The translations under genes were made by a program, and so were the position numbers. Positions 40,534 through 50,399 of a DNA stretch of 53,228 nt are shown piece by piece (within the stretch, counting starts at the first letter, position 1; every line of letters begins with the position of its first letter). The notes beneath the pieces were generated by a model that was not told the origin of the DNA, did not search any database, and saw only the letters and a list, made by a program, of their open reading frames with translations. This stretch comes from Raillietiella orientalis (Eukaryota): positions 2,914,001-2,967,228 of the forward strand of contig JAYWIR010000028.1 in the NCBI GenBank assembly GCA_036172245.1, read 5' to 3'.

Positions 40534-41283
40534 GATCTCCGCAGATCAAGCAACGGACATCGAGCGTATTTCGGGTGGACGGCTGCTGTGGCGTTTCGGT
40601 ACCGCGAAATCAAGCGGTGTCGCCTTCCTCCTTCGGCCAGTCATGGAGACCGCAATAAAGGACGTTCGGTTCGATGACGCAGTTCGCGTCGGTCAGCAGA
40701 CTCTCAGCTGTTCCGACTCTATCGACCTGGTCGTCACCAGCCTATACGCTCCTAGCGGAAACTCCGCATTGAGGGCGAAGGCAAGAAAGGAGTTCTACCT
40801 TGTCCTCAGACGCAATGCTGACCGATGCAGGAGTTCGCAAAGCGCACCCGATCGCAGGTGATTTCAACCTGCGCTTGCTTTCAGGTGCGCCGGAGACACT
40901 GAACGACCGCGTCAACGAGTTGTGCGCAGAAATGAACACGCGCAACTTGTTGGCCGGGGAAACGGCCATGGAAAGCAGCATCGATCACGTGTACCTTGAT
41001 CAGCAACTATGCTCTCGGGTGGGCAGGCGAAGCAAGGTACCATCCGAGCTGTCGGACCATGGTCGGATGATGTTCGAAGTGCGTCCGCACGACAAGGACC
41101 CCCCCTCGTCAACGTGGCGTCTGCCAGGGGACTGGCTGAAGTTTCCCGACGCGGCGGAACACATCCGCGCGTTTATTGGGAGCTTCAGGATGCAGACACT
41201 TCAGGACTGGGACCGCTTCAAGCGATCGGTCCAGGAGTTCTGCGACCATTTCCCCCTGCATCGCCTACCTGCGGGATTTGGGG
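40534..41283 (+). mobile_element. E15: internal endonuclease fragment of an A-like LINE
   Basis: ISADQATDIERISGGRLLW, LYAP, GDFN, IDH, SDH, ending at LPAGFG. Confidence 0.85.
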
Positions 41284-43385
41284 TTTCCAGCCGGGTACGC
41301 TCTGAGCGTTTATTGAAAAAACACAACAATAACGTAATACTAGGCCCCACTAACGGCCACACAACACCAGACCTGCCGGGGCGCCGGGACGCAGCCCGGC
41401 GTGACGTTCCTCGGCTGTGGAGAGGGATAGGGATCAAAACAAAAAGAAAAATAAAGATAAGGAAGACAAAAAAAGAGTTTGGAGGAAGAGGAAGGGATCA
41501 CAATGCACTGGGAGGAGGGCCCATCCTTCGCAGGATGCCCTCCAGGTCCGTCTTCGTGCTTCCCAGATGGGGCCATCTCGCAGCTCTCCGCATGAAGCAG
41601 ACCGCATACGGGATGACGTCCCTCGCGTTGGCATCTACTTCTGCGTGGTGAATGTCGCTCCAGGCCGCCCCGATACCCTGGATGCAGCAGAGGGCTGCGA
41701 GGGCTGCGGCTGGCTGCAGGTCGTACCGCACGAAAAGGGGCCGAAGAACGTCTCTGGGCGCGCTGCCCATTGGGAGCCCGAGGGTCGTCCCGAACCGTTC
41801 TCACAGGGTTCGCAGGGCAGCACAGTCAACAAGTAGGTGGGGGAGCGATTCCCGCTCCCCACACCTGGCACACTTAGGCCTTACACTTCCCCGCGTCCAG
41901 TGGAAGTGGCGCGCGTTGCAGGGTAGACCCCAGTGCAACAGCAGAAGCGCCGACTCTTGAGACTTCAGGGGGAGAAGCCTGGATCCGATTAATATTAAAG
42001 GCGACTACTGGTCATCCGTCAGGATACCGAGCAGCTCGCCCCATCGACGAAGTCCACGAGGGAGGGCACTCGGGGTTGTAACATCTGCCAGTTCTCCCAT
42101 GGTCCAACCGCTCATCTTCTTTTCCTTGCCTGCGATTCGGCAGGAGACTTGCCACTTTGGCTTGCGGCCGCTGCTTAAAGCCCTGCGTAGGAAGAACAGG
42201 GTCGAAGCTAGAGGGGTAGTCTCCGCCCACGTTCTCCTGGCGTGACACTCCAGAGTAGTCCGCAGTGTGCAGCAGGCGTTGGGGACGAATCGCATTTGGT
42301 TCCATTCCGGGGAAGTCTGGAGGTTCAGCTTGGCCCACGTCGCAACTGATTCCTCCAGCCAGGCGAAAAAGTTGGCGGGGCTGCATAGCGTCCAGCCGTT
42401 GTCTTTCACCAGGGCTTCCATGCGCCCAAGTAGAAGGCCGCATCTTCTGACCTTCCTGCCAGTGCACAGAAGGTACGACGGGAGTCCTTGCATCCTGGAC
42501 ACACAGCTGGCGAGGATTCGGTCCAGAACGCACCAAGATGTGCACCATGACTTTGCTGCGATGGCGAGGGTGTGCCATCGCAGCTGTATGTGCAGGCGCT
42601 TTAGCGTCAGGAGGCAGAGACCGCCGTCCCGACGAGGAGCGCATAAGTCATCTAGAGGCACACGTGGCCTCCCTCTGCCCCAGAAGGCGATGCGGAGTAG
42701 GTCCTTTGTCCTCTTTATAATGTCACGGGGGACATGACAAATTAAAAGCAGGGGGCAAAGGATGGAAGCCGTGAACGCGTTCCACACCGCGGTCCCTTCC
42801 GGCAGAAGGTACTTGCCTTCCAGGAACGGGCCGATTGCCAACTCTACCTTCTGGAGACGACCTGAACAGGCTGCTGCGAGGCAGAAGTCCCCCAACGGGA
42901 TACCCAAGTACTTCAGGTAACTGGCCGCGGGGATCCCCAAGCGGATCCAGTCAGGCCGTTCGACCCACGTCGCACCCACCGGTACGACCGACGACTTCGC
43001 CTTGTTTACCCGAAGTACAGACCCACGACTTAGCAGGTCGAAGAAATCCTCGACTGCGGCTGCCGGGGCTGACAAGGGCAACATGAGCAGAAGGTCGTCG
43101 GCGTATGCTGCTACAGCGGGCGTGCCGGAGCACGAGCTGGGCTGGGCAGCCAAAGTCACCCTGTACGCTCTCAGCACCAACTCAAAGTAGGTGCTAAAGA
43201 GCAGGGGACGAAGGCTATCGCCCTGCCGTATGCACCTCGGCACCAGCACGCCGTACACCTGTTGCTAGATGAACTGATTTCAACGATGAGGTTGCGGCAG
43301 CAGCACCGCAGGAAGGAGAGAAGAAAGGGTGCGAAGCCCATGCGACCCAGGGGCTCCAAAAGAAGCTCCTGGTCAACGCAGTCGA
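41284..43385 (-). mobile_element. E16: subfamily C LINE 3' part
   Basis: DCVDQELL, IRQGDSL and YADD (ORF 42005-43258). The element ends AATAAACGCTCAGAGCGTACCCGGCTGGAAA. Confidence 0.9.
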
Positions 43386-43413
43386 CCGCCTTCTGCGCTC
43401 TAAGGCGGACGTG
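43379..43413 (+). promoter_or_regulatory. Putative internal Pol II core promoter of E17 (Inr-like CAGT and DPE-like GGACGTG)
   Basis: The A of CAGT is at 43380 and GGACGTG starts at 43407 (+28). The motif recurs at the 5' ends of E9 (21464), E10 (28436, minus), E21 (48103) and E13 (GGATGTG, 35869). Confidence 0.6.
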
Positions 43414-44516
43414 TTTTCTCGGTGCTCGTTGTGCCAGGAAGTCTCCCCCAGTGCAAGCGTCGTGTGGTTCGGTGGTCGATCAGGCAGCGATGCCTGACGC
43501 GATCACCAGGGATGGCCAGGAAGCAGCCGCAACACCGCCCATAGAGGCGATGGAAAGCCAGGGGGCGGCAGCAACGTCGCCCCAGAGGCGATGGAGGTGG
43601 GGGCATCCGCCCTTACAGAATCGGTCCCCGCTACAGCGCATGAGTAGAGTGCCGTTGTGACGGCGCCATCGCCCGCAGCCGGGGCGGAATTGTCGGCCTA
43701 TGTAGAGGAGGGGTACAAACCCTCATTGTTCTACAAGGTAGGCAACCTATATTCTTTAGAGAGCGCGCGCACCCTTTCGAAAGGCATGCGCGCTCTCGAT
43801 GTGAAAGTGGAGGAGCTCAGCGCTATGACCATCCGCAGCGGGGGTCAGAACGTTGAGGTCATCTGCAAACAAGCAGAGTTGGCCCAACGACTGCTTAAAA
43901 CCCCCGTTGTGATGAGGACGCGCAGGCTCCTCCCCACTTCGGCGAACCGCAGCATGGTGGTCCACCTGTTAGGCGTAACCGCGCGAATGCGCAAACAACA
44001 GGTTCGCGCCGCTCAAGAACAATTTGGAACGATACACGCGCAGTGGACGAAAGTTAGTTATTTCGAGGACTACACGGGGCTGCAACACGGCCTCACGGCT
44101 GCGCGTGTGAATGTTCGGCAGGGCTGCACTCTTCTCCACAAACTGGTGGTCGGCGGCGAAACCGTCGACCTCTGGTATGTAAGGAAGCCGAAATACTGTG
44201 GCTTCTGCAATTCGTCGGGAAACTTCGAAAAAAGGAGCCCAACGTGCAGTGCCAAGCATGCGGCACAATGGGGCACACGAGGGAGATGTGCACAAAAGCA
44301 GCAGTGCGGGTGGTTTCCAAGAGAAACCCCAGAAAACGCGCACGGCTTTTGCAGAAAAGGCTGGCGGCGAAATCTGCGGCGAAGGCTGTGCCACCCGCGC
44401 CGAAGGCCCAGGCCGCACCCGAGACCCCGACGAACAACGCCGAACAAGTCGAGGGAACTAGCCAGGAGCCTGGGTGGCTGGTGGCAACAGCCAAAAAAAC
44501 AAAAAAAGAAAGAAGA
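43379..44516 (+). mobile_element. E17: subfamily A LINE 5' part (5'UTR and most of ORF1)
   Basis: Colinear and closely similar to 21439-22570 of E9; ORF 43657-44529. Confidence 0.9.
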
Positions 44517-44519
44517 TAT

Positions 44520-45010
44520 GTCAGAGTAGTCTTTAGTGCTGCAACAGGAGAGCCGAATCCTGCCATTTCAAGGAGAGGGAGGAGGTGTTCATTAGTACCG
44601 GGGGCCACTTCAAACGTTCAATGGGAGCGTCAAGCAGCGCGCCTCAACGTAGAAGTATATGGGGAGGCGTACTCGGGGTCGCAGCGTCTGTTAACTGGCC
44701 CGTCTTCCACTCTCTTATCTTCTTCTGCTTTCCGGAGATTGTCACTGTAACCTATCACTTCGCCGCAACATCGCTTTTTGGATCTTACATCAGGGAGGGC
44801 AACGCAGCAGCAAGGTAGGTTCTTCCTGACCACGCTCCTTTCTTTGGATCTTCCAATATCTCGCGGAGCGTGCAACTTCTGTAACCCCGAAACAGGAACC
44901 TTCGTTCCTGTTGGGAGCGTTGGATGCCGAACTGTCCCCGCGTTCGAACGGTTTCCTGCAATCAGGGACTACCGATCAAAGGGCGACAGGTGACAAATCC
45001 ATGGATTTTC
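44520..45010 (-). mobile_element. E18: inverted internal ORF2 fragment of subfamily A with no terminus
   Basis: The reverse complement matches E8 ~20325-20805, e.g. CAGGAACGAAGGTTCCTGTTT and GAGCGTGGTCAGGAAGAACC. Confidence 0.8.
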
Positions 45011-45019
45011 TGTGTTAGC

Positions 45020-45736
45020 GCGAAAGATTAGGAGGGCGGTTGTACTGGCGATGCGGCGCCCGCAACACTTGTGGGGTCGCGTTCTTCCTAGAGCCAGCCA
45101 TTAACGCGGCCGTAAAGGACGTGCGCTTTGGGGACGACGGACGGATCGGCCAACTGATTCTCAGATGGTCCGATTCGATCGACCTCATCGTCACCAATGT
45201 GTACGCTCCTAGCGGTAAACAGGGATACCAGCAGCGCAACGCGTTACTGGAAACCTTAAAGCGCGTATGGCTGGTGGACGCGGACGTGCGAAAGGCGCAT
45301 CTGATAGCAGGGGATTTCAATGTCCGTCTGCTCTCAGATCAGCCCGGAGCACAGGGGAACGCGATCAACGAGTTGTGCGCCGCCATGCGCGCGCGCAACT
45401 TGTTGACAGAAATAAGCGGGATGGTCAACAGCGTGGACCACGTCTTCCTCGACCAAGACCTGTACACACGGGTAGGAAAACGAGGGACACTTGGATCGAC
45501 GCTGTCGGACCATTCCCGGTCAATATTCGAGATGCGCCCGCGCGACAAGGGACCGCCATCCAGGGATTGGCGTATGCCAGGGGACTGGACGCGCCTGTCA
45601 GGAGCGAAAGAACATCTTCGCGAATTCCTGCGAGGCGTCACCCTCCAGAGTGTCGCGGATTGGGACCTATTTAAGGACTCGGTCCGGGAGTTCTGCGAAC
45701 AGTTCCCAGTGCAACGTCTGCCCCGGGGATTCGGCG
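45020..45736 (+). mobile_element. E19: internal endonuclease fragment, C-like
   Basis: The ORF from 45040 has NVYAP, GDFN, VDH and SDH, ending at LPRGFG. Confidence 0.85.
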
Positions 45737-48100
45737 TTGCCACCCGGGTACGCCCGGGGCGTTTATTTATAAAAACTCTACAATTGCGGTACCAGGCCCC
45801 GCTCACGGCCTTATGCACGGGACCTACCGGGACGCCGGGACGCAGCCCGGCGTGGCACTCCCCGGCAGCGAAAGGGGATGGGGAAAAACAAAAATAAAAA
45901 CAAAAAAGCAAACAAACAAGTGAGGTTGGGGGGCAGGGAAGGGATCACTGTTCGCTGAGAGGAGGGCCCATCCGTTGAAGGAAGCCCTCGAGGTCCATCC
46001 GTAGATTCCCCAGTTGGGGCCATCCAGCAGCTCTCCGCAAGAAGCGTTGGGCATATGGGATGACATCCCTCGCGTGTTGACCCACTCCTTCCTTGTTGGT
46101 GTCGCTCCATGCCGCCACGATGCCTCGGACGCAGCACAAGGCTGCAAGGGCTGCGGCTGGCTGCAGGGCGTCCTTCACGAAGAGGGGCCGAAGAACGTCT
46201 CTAGGGGAACTGCCCGTTGGGAGACCGAGGATCGTCCCAAACCGTTCCCAAAGGGGACGAAGGGCAGCACAGTCCACAATAAGGTAAGAGAGCGATTCCC
46301 GCTCTCCGCACCTGACACACGCAGGATCCACAACTCCTCATGTCCAGTGAGAGCGGCGTGCGTTGCAGGGTAAACCCCAATGCAACAACAGCAACGCCGA
46401 CTCTTTCCACTTAAGGGGCAGGATCCTGGATTCCTGAAGAAGCGGGGGCCACTTCAGCACATCCATAGGGATGGCCAGCAGCTCGCCCCATCTTCTTAGT
46501 CCTCGCGGCTGGACGCTCGGTGTCGTGGCGTCGGCCAGTTCTCCTGTTGTCCAGCCGCTGATCAACTTCTCGCGTCCCTCGATGCAGCAGGAGACTTGCC
46601 ACCTTGGCGTACGGCTGCTGCGAAGTGCCCTCTTCAGGAAGGGCAGCGCCGTAGCTAGGCAGGTCGTCTCTGCCCACGTGCATCTTGCTGGACTCTCCAG
46701 GAGATTCCGCAGCGTGCAGCGGGCGTAGGGGCTGCATCGGAGACGATTCCACGTTTCGTGGCTCCTCTGGTTAACCGCTGCCCACGTTCCAATATTCTCC
46801 TCCAGCCAGGCGGGGGAGTTGGCGGGGCAGCAAACCATCCAGCTGTTCTCCTTGGCCAATGTTGCCATGCGCCCGAGCAGTAGGCCGCATCTTCGCATCT
46901 TCCGGCCACGGCTCAGAAGAAAAGACGCGAGTCCATCGCACCGGGACACACGGCTGGCCAGGAGGCGGGCCGGAGTGCACCAAGGGGTGCTCCACATCTT
47001 CGCTGCGATGGCGAGGGTTCGCCACCGCAGCTGCTTCTCCACGCGCTCCAGCGTCAGGAGGCCAAGACCGCCGTCCCGACGCGGAGCGCACAAGTCCTTC
47101 AGAGGGACTCGGGGCCTCCCCTTGCCCCAAAGGGCGATACGGAGGAGGTCCTTTGTCCTCTTCTTCGATTCCACGGTGGGGGGGCAAACAAAAAGCAAGG
47201 GGCGGAGGATGGGGGCCGCGAAGGCGTTCCAAACCGCGGCCCGTTCCGGCAAGTGAAACTTGCCTTCCAGGAACGGGCCGATCGCCGTCTCGACTTTTTG
47301 GAGGCAGCTGGACCACGCTTCCGCAGGGGAGTAGTCCCCCAACGGCACACCAAGGTACTTGAAGCACCTCGCCGTGGGGATCCCCAGACGGACCCAGTCC
47401 TGCTGCAATGCCCACGCCGCACCTATTGGCACAACCGACGACTTCGCCCTGTTAACCTGCAGTCCGGTCCCGCGGCTGAGCTGATCGAAGAAGTCTCCGA
47501 CCGCCTTTGCCGGGGTGGACATTGGTAACAAGAGCAGAAGATCGTCGGCGTACGCTGCTACGGCGGGCGTGCCGGGGCACGAGCTCGGCAACGGGGCCAG
47601 AGTCACCCTGTACGATCTCAGCACAAACTCAAAGTAGGTGCTGAAGTGCAGAAAGCTGAGACTATCTTCCTGCCTTATGTCCCGCCGCAACTGCACGCAA
47701 TGCACCTTGTGACCGCTGAAAGAGACGGTATTTATTGCATTCCGCAAGCAAGAGCACAGGTAGGAAATCAGGGAGGGTGGGAAGCCCATGCGACTTAGGA
47801 GCTCCAAGAGGAGGTCCTGGTCTACATATTCGAACGCCTTGTGGAGGTCGACTGCCAGCGCTAGGGCCCCCTTTCTTGCCCGTGGTTTCCTTGCTAGCCC
47901 GGCTGGCGGCCCCAATGTGGGGTTGCCGACTTTCCCTATCCCTTTCTTCTCTCTTCTCTGCAGGTGCACCCATGTGCTTGCGAAGAAGAGGTTGGCATCC
48001 ATACTTCGACCGGGAACAGCATAAGTCTGCTCCTGGCTAATTACGGATTCTGCCACCTGCCTTAGACGCGAAGCCCATAGCCCTGCTATTAACTTGGCGT
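45737..48100 (-). mobile_element. E20: subfamily C LINE 3' part (RT from AKLI onward, Cys domain, 3'UTR)
   Basis: DLHKAFE, YADD, KYLGVPLG, CVRCGERES. The element ends AATAAACGCCCCGGGCGTACCCGGGTGGCAA. Confidence 0.92.
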
Positions 48101-48302
48101 GCGGACGTGTTTTTGTAGCGCTCCTCCGTGCCTGGTGTAAAGCGGTTGATTTCGATTGTGTTTGTGTGTGAAGCATCTGCGGTGTCCAATGGCAGAAATG
48201 CCTGAGGACACCGCGACTGATATAGGAGGGGGAGAGGCTTGCTCCTCTCCCCAACCCACAAAGGTGGGGGCAACTGCCCCCACGGAGGCGACGGCAGCCG
48301 CA

Positions 48303-48470
48303 CCCCTGGAAAAGGGGGCAACCGCCGCCTCGGAAGTGAGGGCAAAGGCACCCTTGAAAAAGGGAACAAAAGCCCCGCTGGAACAGGGTGCAACCGCCTT
48401 CTTGAAAAAGGGGACAACCGCAACCCTGCAAAAGGGCGCAACCGCCTCCTTGAAAAAGGGGGCACCTGCA
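48303..48470 (+). repeat. Seven degenerate 24-bp tandem units in ORF1 of E21
   Basis: PLEKGATA, ASEVRAKA, PLKKGTKA, PLEQGATA, FLKKGTTA, TLQKGATA, SLKKGAPA. Confidence 0.85.
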
Positions 48471-49898
48471 CCCTCGAAAGCGTCTTCGGCATCGCCGAAG
48501 ACCTGGAGTTCACTGGCTGCAGCCCCATCTCCTGCAGCCCTCTCCGAGCAGAAAGCCTACCTGGAACAGGGATGCAAGCCGTCCTTGATATACAAGGTAG
48601 GCAATCTGTTTATCGGGAATACCGCTTGCAACTTCGAAAGGGAGTTGCAGCGGTTGAATGTAAAAGAGGAAGTCCAGGAAGGTCTTTCCGTGTTGAGTGG
48701 TGGTCAACGGGTGGAGGTGACTTGCAGAAATGCAAGCCTTGCTAGACACCTCCTAAATACGCCAATCACACTAGAAGGACGAAAGGTTTTCCCATTAACG
48801 GAGGATCGCTCCGTGGTGACGCACCTCACGGGAGTCACCCTCCGCATGTCAAAAGCCGACGTGCAAAGGGAACTCGGAAAATATGGAACGGTTCACGCGC
48901 TATGGAAAAAGCCCAACGTCTTCCAGAGTTACGGAAGGCTGTTTAGTGGCATGGCTGTTGCGCGTGTAACCGTCCACGAAAACGGTGGGCTACCCCACAA
49001 ACTAGACGTCGGCAACAAGACAGTCGACGTCTGGTACGTGGGCAAGCCCAAGTACTGTGGACACTGTGATGCCACAGGGCATCTGAAAAAGCGGTGCCCC
49101 CACATCCAGTGTTTCCACTGTGGAGAGAAGGGCCACCTCCGCAAAGTGTGCCCGAAACGCGAACCCCCGGCTCCCGCTGCCTTGAAAAAGGCCAAAGGGA
49201 AACGCGCGGGGGCTACGGAAAAGTTTGCGAAGGCACCCGCGAGACAGAACCCACAGCCGGAGCCCGAGCCCGTGCAGCAAACGTTGGTCGTGGAATCTAC
49301 CAACGACGCTGAAAAGAGCGAAGGCTGGCAGAAGGCGAAGCAGAAAGCGAAGAAAACAAAGAAAACCGAAGGGTCGACAGCGGAACCCGCGACGTCTCCT
49401 TTAAATAGGAGACAACGCCGCGCGTACATCCGCGAATGTTCGGTCGCTTTGGAGCGTGTGGGGGTACCCGGAACCGCCACCGGGAGAGATATCCCCCGCG
49501 TAGACGCCGACGATAACGCGATCACGGAAGGCGAACCCTCTGTGCAAACAGAGGTTGAACCGCGCGACGCGCTCGCCTCGATCGACGAGGCCGCCTTCCA
49601 GCAGGCGGCGGAAGAGCTCGCGGCCGAACTCGCCGACCGTGCGAACGGCGCGCAAAAGAGCTTGCGAAGGCCGGCCGCGACCAGGGCACCTCCGACAGGT
49701 GACCACGACCCGGATGCCGGAAGTGCGTCCTCCTCCACGGAGGCGCCTCCGAAGAAGACTGGACGGGAGTCCAAGAATTCCAAGAGGCGCATCCTGACGA
49801 GGAGCGAGGCGGACGCACCGGCAGCCGAGGGGGAAGCCGGCAGCGTGGGAACGGAGGGAGGAATTTTCCCACCCTCCGCCACCGAGCAGCCGACCACC

Positions 49899-50135
49899 CC
49901 ATGGAGGAGGGGGAGCAGGTAGGGCATTGCCTCCACCTTCCACCGGTGGAGCCTGCAGAAAAGATGGTCATGGAAGAGGGGGAGAAGACAGCTGAGAACC
50001 GCTCCCCTCTGCCGTCCAACGCAGCCGAGGAATCGGCCCCCATGGAAGAGGGGAAGCAGGTGCGTGAAGCATGCTCCCTTCAACCGTTGCGGTCCGCCGA
50101 GGAATCGCCCCCCATGGAGGTGGGAGAACCGCTGG
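49899..50135 (+). repeat. About four degenerate ~70-bp units (MEEGE...) at the ORF1 C-terminus of E21
   Basis: CATGGARG recurs at ~49900, 49969, 50041 and 50114. E5 has only two units (~9235 and ~9303). Confidence 0.7.
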
Positions 50136-50399
50136 GCGGTGCCCCCATGCCTCCATCCGTCCCACCCGACCAGGTGGCGGGAGCCCAATTGCCACTTTCC
50201 TGAAAATAACACCTGGGCTCGCCTGTCGCCGTCGATTACGCGTGGCCTGCTGGAACGTGAACGGGCTGCGCGACGACGGCAACAGACGGGAAACGGCCGC
50301 CACCCTGCGTGACTTCGACCTGGCACTCCTGCAGGAGATCCACGTGATCACCGCGGAGAACGCCCAGGAGATCGAAAGGATCGCAGGGGGACGGTTGAT

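Larger units (their letters stand above)
48189..50209 (+). pseudogene. ORF1 of E21, nearly intact (one frameshift near 49860-49900)
   Basis: 588-aa ORF with CGHCDATGHLKKRC and CFHCGEKGHLRKVC; the C-terminus continues in ORF 49901-50203. Confidence 0.88.

Noticed and set aside
46338..48431. 697-aa minus-strand ORF as a novel RT fusion gene
   Set aside because: It is a chance in-frame join of the antisense 5' region of E21 with the truncated RT of E20 at 48100. The RT lacks its N-terminal motifs and has a damaged IRQEDSLS.
48929..50326. Long antisense ORFs opposite ORF1 (also 8239-9237, 17017-17616, 26436-27617)
   Set aside because: These are expected shadow frames of GC-rich, low-complexity coding sequence, with no conserved start or domain.
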